A stretch of 64,000 nucleotides of DNA from Octopus bimaculoides (taxonomy: Eukaryota), in NCBI RefSeq assembly GCF_001194135.2, contig NC_068987.1:11869881-11933880 (forward strand). The letters are read 5' to 3'. The notes beneath the pieces are model-generated. The model was not told where the DNA came from. It saw only the letters and a list, made by a program, of their open reading frames with translations, and made no database searches. Positions 12,370-24,630 of this stretch are shown here, piece by piece. The translations under genes were made by a program, and so were the position numbers. Positions within the stretch are counted from its first letter, which is position 1; every line of letters starts with the position of its first letter.

Positions 12370-12715
12370 TTTATTTCGTAGTTTAATACATAATTGTCCT
12401 ACGAATAAATGTTACTCTTGATTTCGTTTCGTTGTTTATCAGCGGATTGTGTTACGATTAATATAAATGTTATTTCTATAACAAATTATGACATTAATTT
12501 TATTCCATAGTGTAACAAAGTAATTACCTTACGAATAAATGTTACAGTCGATTTCGCTTCATAGTTTATCTGTGAACTGTGTTACGATTAATATAAATGT
12601 TGTGCGAGAGCTAGATTATATCACTGATTTCGTTCCATAATTTATCAGTTAATTCTTTTAGGCAAAATACAACTGTTGTATGTATAATAGATTATGTCAT
12701 AAACTTCATTCCATA
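12370..12715. repeat. Degenerate AT-rich tandem repeat, period about 130 bp
   Basis: TACGAATAAATGTTAC and TGTGTTACGATTAATATAAATGTT each recur about 130 bp apart. Confidence 0.8.
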
Positions 12716-12779
12716 GGAAAGATAACGCTTGCTTAAAGTGTTACTTACGTAAACCATAGCAAAATCATATTATAGATAT

Positions 12780-13004
12780 CTGATTATATATATATATATA
12801 TACAGGGAAATCAAAAATAAAAGCAAAAACAGGAAAAACAGCAAAAGTCAAAAGGATGTACACAGTGAATATATTCGATTAACGCTCAGAGAAAGTTTAA
12901 GATGGAATAAAGAAGTGGTGTGAGGTTTCGAGCATGGCTCTTCGTCAGAAAGAAGAAAAAAATCCAGAGAAAAGGAAAAGAGTAGTCCGAGAGAAGTAGG
13001 CGTG

Positions 13005-13005
<1 letters not shown>
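12780..13005 (-). mobile_element. Penelope-like terminal-repeat remnant with hammerhead core
   Basis: Minus strand CTGACGA-A-GAGC-cat-GCTC-GAAAC (12925-12948), bounded by (CA)n and (TA)n. Confidence 0.55.
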
Positions 13006-13048
<43 letters not shown>

Positions 13049-13077
13049 GCAAATATATCTATCTATATACACGCTTC

Positions 13078-13234
13078 AATCGCGTAGAAAGGGTGGAGTC
13101 GATGGGGTGGTCCATCTTGGGCGGCGCTTTTATGGGGGTAACATTTTTGTGTCTGCTGCATAAGCCTGTATAGGGGACAGGAGCGGCAGACTGAAGGGCA
13201 GTCCAAGGCGGCACACTCTCTAGCTAACACCACT
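13078..13234. mobile_element. Degenerate hAT-like MITE
   Basis: Ends resemble CAGTGGCGTAGCTAG / CTAGCTACGCCACTG-type termini (right end CTAGCTAACACCACT); TSD not resolved. Confidence 0.4.
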
Positions 13235-13726
13235 CCCATACATCTGTCTCTCCCGCTCTCTATCAGTCAGTCTCCCTCCCTCCTCCTTTCTGTATTTTTC
13301 TAGATGCAGTAATGGCCGAATGGTTAAGAAATTCGTATCGCGTTCACGGGATTTCCAAGTTCGTTTCCACTTTATGGTATCTTACGCAAGTGATATTTTA
13401 GATAGTCTTCGGTTTCCAAGCTTTGTGAGTGAAATTTGGTTGAGGGAAACGGTGTGGAAGCCTGTTGGATTGTACTTAGAATTCAAAGTCTTGTCACACG
13501 CTGTATCTGATAATTATGTTAAGGGTACACGCGTGTCTCTGGATCACACACGCATACACACATTCTTTATTTGAAATCACTACAATTATTTCGACACATT
13601 TTTACACACATAGTACATTTGTGGGTTGTGTAATCATCCTCACGGATCCAAGATGATAAAATGCGCCGCTTCAGGCGATTGTTTAAACAAGTCATTTTAC
13701 TCGAATCTTATATATATATATATATA

Positions 13727-14148
13727 GGCGCAGGAGTGGCTGTGTGGTAAGTAGCTTGCTTACCAACCACATGGTTCCGGGTTCATTCCCACAGCGTGGC
13801 ACCTTGAACAAGTGTCTTCTACTATAGCCACGGGCCGATCAAAGCCTTGTGAGTGGATTTGGTAGATGGAAACTGAAAGAAGCCCGTCGTATATATGTAT
13901 ATATATATATATGTATTTGAGTATATTTTTGTGTGTCTGTGTTTGTTCCCCCACCATCGCTTGACAACCGATGTTAGTGTGTTTACGTCTCCGTAACTTA
14001 GCGGTTCAGCAAAAGAGATTGATAGAATAAGTACTAGGGTTACAAAGAATAAGTCCTGGAGTCGATTTGCTCGACTAAAGGCGATGCTCCAGCATGACCA
14101 CAGTCATATGATTGAAACAAGTAAATGAGTAAAAAAGTGTGAAAAGAG

Positions 14149-14150
<2 letters not shown>
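13727..14150 (+). mobile_element. SINE family A, full length, inside a (TA)n tract
   Basis: Complete head-to-tail match to other A copies; (TA)n on both flanks. Confidence 0.95.
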
Positions 14151-14179
<29 letters not shown>

Positions 14180-14289
14180 CACGCACACAAACAAGTTAAA
14201 TACACATATCTCGTTGGGATTTGGACACATTTATATTGAAATGTAGTTAAGGAAAATCATAGGATTGTGACTGGAATAATCTTTGTCGG

Positions 14290-14590
14290 TAATGGCTTTG
14301 TATAAATGGCGTAGGAAGTGGGATTTGAAGAAGCTAATGCTGACGATGTTCGGAATATTGCATTCTGATGATGTCAAAACTTTAAGTAGTCAACAGAATC
14401 GCAAGTGTCCAGTTCAGACAACGAAAAAGAAACTTAACTGTAACAGATTTTAACAACAGAAGTCTTATCTAAAATTTAGTGAAGAAGTCTTTACTTCAGA
14501 GCAACTTTCAGAAAAGGTCTAAATTTTGAAGGAAGCATGAAAATGCATCATTAAAGTACAATAAAACGTCATTAAAGATTTTTTTCATCG
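14290..14590 (+). pseudogene. pogo/Tigger-like transposase C-terminal relic
   Basis: Stop-riddled MA*EVGFEEANADDVRNI...SSSDNEKET...KTSLKIFF resembles the Tigger acidic tail. Confidence 0.4.
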
Positions 14591-14639
14591 GCAAATAGAG
14601 GCAAGAGCCTAAAGTATATGCTCTTAGCTAACTAACTAG

Positions 14640-14860
14640 CGGTGTTCTTAGTGTGATTTCAATGCAAGTGGATATACTGTAGGGATTCATTGGTTTTGTA
14701 TACAAGAAAATTCAAAGGGGTTTGTAGATCTAGATGGATCTTGTAAGGACCATGTTCACGATGATGTGCAATCCGAGGTTCTTAAGGAAAGGTTGCAAAT
14801 TTTTCCTAAATTTATCTGTTGTTTGCTGTTTACACTTATGCTACGTCAATGGTCCGTCGT
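14640..14860 (+). pseudogene. Possible Merlin (IS1016-like) transposase relic
   Basis: NSKGFVDLDG...LKERL...FTLMLRQW resembles NHSxxFVDP...LK...EFMWR; weak. Confidence 0.3.
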
Positions 14861-15466
14861 CTCGGTATAACCACCACTAATGCCCGAGAAGTACGAAGGT
14901 GATGTAGTTGGCTCAGTCTGATGAAGCCACTGATCTCTGCTCAATTGTTCGCTTCTATGCTTACCTCGTTATTTAATTATCTTACGAAGGAAATGGAGAA
15001 CAAAATAGAATCTTTCACCAAGGTTTCTAACTTATGCAGAGCATACCAAATAGATAATAATAATTATATTAATAATAAAAAAACTGGTTTACATAACGTA
15101 GAAAATTCCAGCTTAGTTTTGCACGGTGGTTGTCATAAGCACGATGTCCTTGAAGATAGTAAAATTTTACAGAGAAAGAGAAAGAGAGACTGAGAGAGAG
15201 ACAAAGAGAGAGAGAGACAAAGAGAGAGAGAGACAAAGAGAGAGAGAGACAAAGAGAGAGAGAGAGAGATGACGGAACCAGTAGCTCACATAGACGTAGA
15301 CATGGCTAGGGTAGACGCTTTGAATCGAAACTATTTAGCTGAGAAAATCTACTGATTAAAAATAAATACAGTGAAATTTATAGGTAAATCTAATTTTCAA
15401 TATCATGCGAAATATACCAAGAACTTCATTAACTGTTAAAAGAATTTCAAATATTATTTCGATATA

Positions 15467-15653
15467 GGCGCAGGAGTGGCTGTGTGGTAAGTAGCTTGCT
15501 TACCAACCACATGGTCCCGGGTTCAGTCTCACTGCGTGGCACCTTGGGTCGATAAATTAAGTACCAGGTACGCACTGGGGTCGATGTAATCGACTTAATC
15601 CCTTTGTCTGTCCCCTCTATGTTTAGCCCCTTGTGGACAATAAAGAAATAAGG
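15467..15653 (+). mobile_element. Chimeric SINE: family A head fused to family B (B1) body and tail
   Basis: GGCGCAGGAG...GGCACCTTGG runs directly into GTCGATAAATTAAGTACCAG...AAAGAAATAAG. Confidence 0.9.
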
Positions 15654-16964
15654 AAGTGGAACGAGACCAGCTTATTGTGAAGAGCACAGGACATTGCAGT
15701 AATGCTAGAAAAGACGGATAACACGGTAAATCTATGAGCCAGAGTTGAGAGATTGTGTTAGCGAGTAACTTAGTCACGTTAACTGATCATTGCTATGAAG
15801 TCAATAAAGTTATGAAGTCAATAAAAATATAGCCAAGTTTCGGATTAGGCGACTTGTACTTCATGGGTTACGGAAGTGGGAAGTAGGGCAAAACATAAAA
15901 AAAAAATTAGAATTAAAAAAAAAATCAGGATAGTATCGTAATGTCGTAATCCCTGTTGACGAAACACAGTAATCCTCAAAAACAAAAGTAATAAATAAGA
16001 TAAAAATGAAGGGGAAAAAATAACCTTTTCTTTTCCCGTGAGATATGGTGCGCCTAATCTAAAACTCCGTTTCAGTCGATATAGAAAGAAGTAAAGTAAG
16101 GTAACTGCTTATATGTAGTACCAAGTAAATGTTTTATGTAGAAATAGTATAAATTCAGCATTTGCTGAATTTGAAAACGAAACCTATGGTTTACGATACA
16201 TCCTTATTTATATAAGAATAATTAAACTGTGGGAATCCCGAAAACATTTTGAGAAATTGCATGTGATATACGGCTTTTGGTTATACAGTATCTCTCTTCT
16301 TGGTTCAAAATGCCTAGATGTAAAAGGTACGAAAAATACAACAGCCAGTCGGCGCTCTCGAATGGCTATGGTTTGATAATTTGTATTAAGTCTTAGTTAA
16401 TTGTTTTAGTGTGCAATGTATTGGGCTGTCAGATAAATTAGTTCGTTATTCCCCACCCGCCAATTTATTTTATATTTTCCGAGGTTAATTGAATTAACAT
16501 GAAAAATATTCTTATCATAGTGTTTTATGGTTTCTGGTAGCTTTGTTCGACTACGATTGTTGCTTATCGCTTCTGAAATTCGAATAAATTTTACCTTTTT
16601 TCAGACATATGACGATGGAGTTGTACCAAGTGAGAAAAAGAAGAAAAGAATTTATTTGACAACTCATGTTGTTGCAAGCAAAACACAGACACCCTCTCGG
16701 TTCCCCACAGCCTTTCCCCCATGGAAGAGCTCCATCAGCACCCAACTGGTACTTGCTACAGCTGAGTAGACTGGTGCAACCGGAAATGCAGTGTATTGCT
16801 GAGAGGCACAGCGCGTCGCCTAGCTCAAGAAGTGAAACCACGACTTTATGATCATGATCCAAACTCCTGAAGAACTAGGTCATTTGACTCTACTGCCAGA
16901 TTATTATACTTCATTAAATGTCTTGCTAGAAAAAGAAATGTGTCGTAATATATTCTTTTGGCGC

Positions 16965-17135
16965 AAAGCCAATAATTTCAGAGGAAAGAGATAAGTCGAT
17001 TACATCGACCTCAGTGCACAGTTGGTACTTATTTTATCGACTCTGAAAGGACGAAGAGCAAAGTCGACCGTGGCGAAATTTGAACGTAGAATGTAAAATG
17101 GGAAGAAATACCGCTAAGCATTTCTGTCCAGCGTG
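16965..17135 (-). mobile_element. SINE family B copy
   Basis: AGTCGATTACATCGACCTCAGTGC...GCAAAGTCGACC...AAATACCGCTAAGCATTT. Confidence 0.85.
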
Positions 17136-17279
17136 CAAATGATTCTGCATACTCGCTGCCTTTATGCTATATATAGGCGAAAAACGCAAAAAATTGCACT
17201 GAAACTGGTATGTCGTCATGCCTAGCTTTGAAGACCAAAGTAACCAAAAGGCATGAACATTGGCTAAATTGTTAACATT

Positions 17280-17481
17280 ACTCTTTTACTCTTTTACTTG
17301 TTTCAGTCATTTGACTGCGGCCATGCTGGAGCACCACCTTTAGTCGAGCAAATCGACCCCAGGACTTATTCTTTGGAAGCCTAGTACTTATTCTGTCGTT
17401 CTCTTTTGCCAAACCGCTAAGTTACGGGGACGTAAACACACCAGCATCGGTTGTCAAGCGATGGTGAGGGGACAGACACAG

Positions 17482-17518
<37 letters not shown>

Positions 17519-17678
17519 CGACGGGCTTCTTTCAGTTTCCGTCTACCAAATCCACTCACAAGGCTTTGGTCGGCCCGAGGCTATAGTAGAAGACACTTGC
17601 CCAAGGTGCCACGCAGTGGGACTGAACCCAGAACCATGTGGTTGGTAAGCACGCTACTTACCACACAGCCACTCCTGC
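17280..17678 (-). mobile_element. SINE family A, full length, young
   Basis: Near-exact reverse complement of the 13727-14150 copy. Confidence 0.95.
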
Positions 17679-18009
17679 TTAAAGGTTAATCAGGTGGTAG
17701 TCTTTAAGAAATTGATCGGGTCGCTCACGTTCGTAGCTATTATAACCTCATGAGGAAGTGAATGATTTTATAGTGAAATAATCAAATTTCAAAATAATTC
17801 CGGTTAATGCATTTAACTTGATGTTATGATTACACAACTACCTTCCCTCATATGGTATTGACGTATTAAGAAGCAGCAAGTTACGTTAGAAGCATCAAGT
17901 GCTATTTGGAACATTTTACAAACATGACTGGCATTCTTATTTCAATAACAACGATACGAAAAATAGCTTCAGTTAACAGAAAGTTTGATTGTAATTTAAT
18001 GCAAACATA

Positions 18010-18640
18010 TGCGGCGATCTGACAGAAACGTTAGCACGCCGGGCGAAATGGTTAGCGGGATTCCGTCTGTCTTTACGTTCTGAGTTCAAACGCCACCGAG
18101 GTCGACTTTGCCTTTCATCCTTTCGGAGTCGATTAAATAAGTACCAGTTACGCACTGGAGTCGATATAATAGACTTAATCCATTTGTCTGTCCTTGTTTC
18201 TCCCCTCTGTGTTTGGCCCCTTATGGGCAGTAAAGACATAAGAAACGTTAGCACGCCGGACGAAATGCTTAGCGGGATTCCGTATGTCTTTACGTTCTGA
18301 GTTCAAATTCCGCTGAACTCAATTTTGTCTTTCATCTTCTTTCGGGGTCGATAAATTAAGTACCAGTTGCGTACTGGGGTCGATCTAATCGACTGGCTCC
18401 TTACCCCAAAATTTCGGGCCTTGTGCCTAGAGAAGAAAAGAATCGTTACCGAGCCGGACGAAATGCTTAGTGAGATTTCTTCCGGTTCTTTGCATTCTCA
18501 GTTCAAATTTCTTCTGGGGTAGACTTTGCCTTTCATCTTCTCGGAGATGATAAAATCAACACCAGCTGAACAATGGAATCGGTATAATCGATTAACCCTA
18601 TTCCACCTCAAAATTTCAGGCCTTGAGCTTATAATAGAAA
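18010..18640 (+). mobile_element. Nested/tandem cluster of three SINE family B copies
   Basis: B1-tailed piece inside a B head, followed by B2-tailed copies at about 18243-18442 and 18440-18640. Confidence 0.9.
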
Positions 18641-19062
18641 CATTCTAATCTAAATATTAGAAATTATTCAAGAAAACAAAAGAATAAATTTAATTTAAGG
18701 CGGTAGCCACAGTCAGATAACAGAAACAAATAGAAGAATTGATGTAGCAGGTGGTATTCTGAAAAATTTGTCGTTTGGCAGCATGATGTTTCGGTTATTC
18801 TGCAAGAGTAGCTTCTAAGCATTTTCGAGTTAGCGATTCCTTCTGCACACTTTCACCACATGAATTAAAAAAATATTTGTTACAACATTCTAAAGAACAG
18901 CAATTAATTTCGCAATCTGTGGAAAATATAATTAATTCATTTTCCTATTCAAAATTGAAATATTTTTAAAACGGTGATCTAAGTTTTCCATCTGTGGTTT
19001 TCATTTTCCTAATGAACATGTAATTCACTGTGAAGTATATAATTAATTATTATTAGAGGAAA

Positions 19063-19660
19063 CGCTACGTTCTGAGTTCAAATTCTACCGGGGTCGACTT
19101 TGCCTTTCATACACTTTCGGGGTCGATAAATTAAGTACCAGTGAAACATTGGGGTCGATGTAATCGACTAGCCCCCATCCTTACAATTTCAGGCCTTGTG
19201 CCTATAGTAGAAAGGATTATTAGGGAGAGGAAAAAGGTGGCGAGCTGGTAGGGTCGTCAGCAAATCAGACAAAATGCTTTGCGGCATTTCTTCCGGCTCC
19301 TTATATTATAAGTTCAAATTCCACGGAGGTCGACTTTGTACCAATTGAGTATTGGGGTTCATGTAATCAACTAGCCCCATCCCCCACCCAAATTTCTGGC
19401 ATTCTATCTATCGTAGAAAGAACTCTGCGAGACAGGAAAAGGTGTATTTGTGTTGCCCCCCCACCACTGTGTAACAACCAGTGTTCATTTGCTTACGTCT
19501 CCGTAACTTATCGATTCAACAAGAGATCAACTGAATAAATTCCAAACTTAAAAAAATAAGCACTGGGATCGATCCGTTTGACTAAACCCTTTAAGGTTGT
19601 GCCCCAACATGGCGGTAGTCCAATGAGTGGAACAAGTGAACGATAAAAAAAAAATTGCAG
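19063..19660 (+). mobile_element. Two SINE B copies and a 3' half of an A-related SINE
   Basis: B motifs at 19063-19220 and 19243-19425; A-type 3' half at 19430-19660. Confidence 0.75.
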
Positions 19661-19699
19661 CCACAAATGTTTCATTGGCATAAAATGTATTGCCAGTTC

Positions 19700-19900
19700 A
19701 ACATGAATTTTCAGATGCACCACTTAGACCCATCGCCACTGTTGTTTCCAGGGATCACTGGGAGTTCCGGCTCTTACAGCATACAAATCCCCATCCACCC
19801 GACTCAACATAGGTCGATTAAACTTAGATGTGGGTCCGAGCTGATCTATGCTTCTCCTGATTCCACCGATTACATCTTTCCAATCAGAACCACGTAGAAG
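19700..19900 (-). pseudogene. Decayed RLE-type LINE ORF fragment
   Basis: Frameshifted ...STYVESGGWGF...SLETTV resembles the DRLYxPRxEGGRGL region downstream of RT. Confidence 0.4.
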
Positions 19901-20901
19901 CTTTCACAGCAGTTAATCATTGCTGATTATTATAGCATTTATGCTGTTTCACATTAGCTTCGTACGATCAATATGATGGTACCATATTGTAACTGTCTCT
20001 GGATTGATCTCCCACGTTAATTCAATTTCTATATTTCTGTTAAAACTTTTATTTTCTGGAAATTATCAGCTATTTTCTAATATGCTTGTCATCATGTTAA
20101 TGGGATATTTTCGCACTAAAGTCAAACAAAGAATTATAAAAAATTGCACTAATGCTCATACTCAAAATACACAGAAGATACACAATATTTGTAAAAAACG
20201 ATATATGGAAAGTTCTGATTGTCAGTTAAGTTGATTCTGTTTTGGCTGAACTTCTAGTTAAACTCACAAAGCTTATACAGAAATTGATTCTCTTCTCTAT
20301 ATTTGCTCATTAACTTAAAGTAAATTGTTTATTAGATTCTTAGAAGAGAATATGTTAACTGCTGTCAAATCAAAAAAGTATGCGTTCGAAAAAAATATAC
20401 TGTAGATATACACAGTGATCGAGTGCAAAGTGTTTTGATATGGAAGGATAATGATAAACTAAACAGTATCTTAGGAAATATATACGTTGGAAGGAGACGG
20501 TGAGGAGGAAGGATGAAGTGTTGATAGTGCTGCATTGGTTAGAATGATAAAGTGAAGTGTAGATGGTGAGATGGTGAAACAGATAGAGAATAAGAATGCT
20601 TCCGATACACAAATACATTAACCCAAGCATGGAAAGAAAGAAATATAACATAATATATATATATGCGTAAAAAGGAAGACAAATACAAGTAGGCTTGATA
20701 AGCATATTTACATGAAATACAAATAAACAAAAGGAATTATGTAATTGTCTTATCTTGACAGCTGTTCCAGGTGAAACTATGGGTTATGCCAAAACAATGT
20801 CTATTACGTAATAAAGAGCTGTAATATCGTAGGTGTATGGAATAACACGAATTTTTATAGATCCATGAAGTTATGTTATCCGTTACACTCACCAGAAGAC
20901 G

Positions 20902-20942
<41 letters not shown>

Positions 20943-20944
<2 letters not shown>

Positions 20945-21199
20945 CTCTCTTTTACTCTTTTACTTGTTTCAGTCATTTGACTGTGACCATGCTGGGGCAC
21001 CGCCTTTAGTCGAGCAAATCGATCCAAGGACTTATTCTTTGTAAGCCTAGTACTTATTCTATCGGTCTTTTAGCCGAACCGTTAAGTTACGGGGACGTAA
21101 ACACACCAGCATCAGTTGTCAAGCAATGCTGGGAGGACAAACACAGACACACAAACATATATACACACATACATATATATATATATACATATATACGAC
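20943..21199 (-). mobile_element. SINE family A 3' half (truncated by gap)
   Basis: Match to other A copies; tail abuts (TA)n. Confidence 0.92.
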
Positions 21200-21424
21200 N
21201 NNNNNNNNNNNNNNNNNNNNNNNNNNNNNNNNNNNNNNNNNNNNNNNNNNNNNNNNNNNNNNNNNNNNNNNNNNNNNNNNNNNNNNNNNNNNNNNNNNNN
21301 NNNNNNNNNNNNNNNNNNNNNNNNNNNNNNNNNNNNNNNNNNNNNNNNNNNNNNNNNNNNNNNNNNNNNNNNNNNNNNNNNNNNNNNNNNNNNNNNATAT
21401 ATATCGTCAATGTATTATATATCC

Positions 21425-21464
<40 letters not shown>

Positions 21465-21774
21465 GTATATGTAAAGAGAGGGATGGGGAGAGAAAAATAG
21501 GTAGATATAGATATAATTGACGTCACAACAATTTTATGAACTCTCTCGAGAACGTGAAATAATTCTTTTTTTTTTGCAGCATAGGACCTCGAAGCACAGA
21601 TAAAGCCTTAAATAACAGCATGTAAATATTGGGTTCAGGAACCCTTTTGGATAGATAAAGTCAAAGGCTTCCCGGGCAGCTTTATGTAGTATGCTTCGAG
21701 ATCCAGTGATCCAAAAAAGAATTACACACATACACGCACACAGAGTTTTGGTTGGGACAATACAGCAAGGCAGG

Positions 21775-22030
21775 AGGAATAAAGGTAAAGGTAAACTTTC
21801 CTTCTCGAGTCATACCGAGAAGGGGCGGTTTCTTGGTTTCTGCGACGTATATATTTCCCACCTGGACGCCGGTCTGTCGCAGGATTGCTCGTTTTGCCAG
21901 CTGAGTGGACTGGAGCAACGTGAAATGAAGCGTTTTACTCAAGAACACAACGCGTCAGCCGGTTCAAGAATCGAAACCACAATCTTACGATCATGAGTCC
22001 AACATCTAAACCCCTAAGCCACGCACTTCC
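21775..22030 (-). mobile_element. SINE family D, near full length
   Basis: tRNA-like head; central CCTGCGACAGACCGGCGTCCAGGTGGGAA resembles the V-SINE domain (from memory); (GTAAAG)-type tail. Confidence 0.85.
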
Positions 22031-22375
22031 GCAGGCCAAGTGGTTAGTGCAGCGGACTCGTGGTCGCAGGATCACGGTTTCAATTCTCAGACCGGGCGTT
22101 GTAAGTGTTCATTGAGCGAAAATACCTAATGCTCCACGAGGCTCCGGCAGTGGGTGGTGGTGAACCCTGCTGTACTCTTTCACCATAATTTTCTCTCACT
22201 CTTTCTTCCTCTTTCTGTTGTACCTGTATTTCAAAAGGCCAGCCTTGTCACACTCTGTGTCATGCTGAATCTCCCCGAGAGGAGTGCTCAGTCACTTGCA
22301 CGTTAATTTCACGGGCAGGCTGTTCCGTTGATCCGATCAACTGGAAGCCTCGTTGTCGTAACCGACGGAGTGCCA
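22031..22375 (+). mobile_element. SINE family C with internal deletion
   Basis: tRNA-like head and body matching 30619-30915; lacks the ACTACGTTAAGGGT...GTCTGT block. Confidence 0.88.
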
Positions 22376-22399
22376 CGTTATCAGTCACGTTTCAAGAGA

Positions 22400-22740
22400 A
22401 TAAGAATATAATTATAAGTAAAACCAAGGTTTAATTCCGTGAGGTTAGTAAACAGATGTACAGAGTTTTAGAATTTCAAACGCAGAATTATATAATTATA
22501 AGTAAAATCATATAATTATATAATTGTATAATATTATATGATTATATAAAATTATATAATTATAAGTAAAATCAAGGTTTCTTTTATATAATTATATAAT
22601 TATAAGTAAAATCAAGGTTCTTATATAATTATATAAAATTATATAATTATAAGTATAATTATAAATAAAATCAAGGTTTCATTCCCTGAGATTAATATAC
22701 AGATGTACAGAGTTTTAGAATTTGAAACGCGGAAGCAAAT
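22400..22740. repeat. AT-rich minisatellite (TATAATTATAAGTAAAATCAAGGTT) flanked by an 80-bp direct duplication
   Basis: ACAGATGTACAGAGTTTTAGAATTT occurs at about 22452 and 22699. Confidence 0.85.
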
Positions 22741-23500
22741 ACGTAAGGCTTATTTTTTCTACTGAAGTCGACTCGTCGAGGTCAGTTTGGATTTCAGCTG
22801 ATAAAATAAAGCACTAGCCAAATACTGGTGTCGTTGGTATTGGATAACTCCTCCCCTCATAATTGCTGGCCTTGTACCAAAATCAGAAATCAGCGTTTCA
22901 AAAGAGGTATTTTGAATATAAACGAGTGTCCATGTAAAAAATTGAGTCGCAAGTCCACTTCGTTATATCGAAATATATGTTTTAGATTTCATACTTATTA
23001 CACCTAAAAGTCTTAACTTATATTAGATTCTATACCTGAACTTTTGATCGTTGTCACAAATATAAACTTGTTTAACGCAGATATTTTAATGATTGTTCTT
23101 GAATATTTTAGGTCTCATATATATATTTGTATATATATATANNNNNNNNNNNNNNNNNNNNNNNNNNNNNNNNNNNNNNNNNNNNNNNNNNNNNNNNNNN
23201 NNNNNNNNNNNNNNNNNNNNNNNNNNNNNNNNNNNNNNNNNNNNNNNNNNNNNNNNNNNNNNNNNNNNNNNNNNNNNNNNNNNNNNNNNNNNNNNNNNNN
23301 NNNNNNNNNNNNNNNNNNNNNNNNNAATGGCAAAGTAACCTCCAAATTTTTCCCTATGAAAATGTAGAAATATGCTACTCTACTTAAAATATCGCACGAT
23401 CTTCAATTTAATGTTCGACAGTTTTATATATAATTATACATCATCACACATACACACTCACATATATAGATATATGCTTCACATCTTCTGAGTGTATAAC

Positions 23501-23549
<49 letters not shown>

Positions 23550-24000
23550 CTCTGTGTGTCTGTGTGAATACACACACGTACGCTATTTTTATGGTAGACT
23601 AAAACTATTTAAGACCCTAGTAAGCAATCCTTTCAACGACCTCTAATTCATACGATATCTACAACCAATAAAGAAGAAATAGTACTATCTTTAGAATGCG
23701 AAACAAATCAAACAGGACAGTAACAATGTAGAAAGACATTAACGAGACAGTGAAAGCGCATTCTTATATAACCGAGAAATTTTTCTCATCAGCTGCCGAT
23801 CCGATAACGTCAGGATTTCGACACTTTATGGTACATCATAATTTTCGATGGTGTCAAAAAACATTAAACGTGTATATATATATATATATATATACTGAGG
23901 GTGATAAATTGAATATTAATTTAATTAACGTCAATTTAAAACCAGTGGCCTAGCATATAAAAAAATCTGAAAATTCAGAAAAATTGTATTACATGCGTAT

Positions 24001-24196
24001 AGGGATGACCACAAAGTGGACATCCGATATGATAGAAAGAGGTCATCAACGACCCAACCACAGAGAAAAGAAAAATAATGTTCTCCAAACACCTGTGTTT
24101 GCTGAATTTTTTTCTGGAGAACATTACTTTTCTTTGTGGTTGGGTCGTTGATGACCTCTTTCTAGCATATCGGATGTCCACTTAGTGTTCATCCCT
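24001..24196. mobile_element. Foldback / MITE-like long inverted repeat
   Basis: Arm 24001-24087 is an imperfect reverse complement of 24115-24196. Confidence 0.9.
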
Positions 24197-24533
24197 TCTT
24201 ATACGTATATACATAGATATATATGTATGTATGCGTGTATGTTTAGAACTGCAAGCGTTTTATAAGCATACACGTTACTTTATATGATATATTGCACCTG
24301 GTGAACAATAACCTCTTTGGTGAAAGACTACCAGCGCCTCAATCATTGGTTTGTTGGTCTGTTGCATTTTTGAAGGAAAAGTTATAAAAGCGTGCCTGAA
24401 AAATCGTTGCCGAATAAGTATCCTCATGGCGTATTTTGAAAGCATTAACGCTTTCGGAACTATCGATGATATTTATATCTTTTATACACAAAACCACATG
24501 TGCGCACGCACGTACAAGCATGCACACGCACGC

Positions 24534-24630
<97 letters not shown>

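Noticed and set aside
22031-22110. tRNA gene calls for SINE heads (also 34390-34465, 41915-41992)
   Set aside because: A and B boxes are present, but there is no complete cloverleaf or acceptor stem, and each continues into a SINE body.
23755-23795. Minus-strand CTGATGA followed by a hairpin
   Set aside because: No GAAA after the stem; not a hammerhead.
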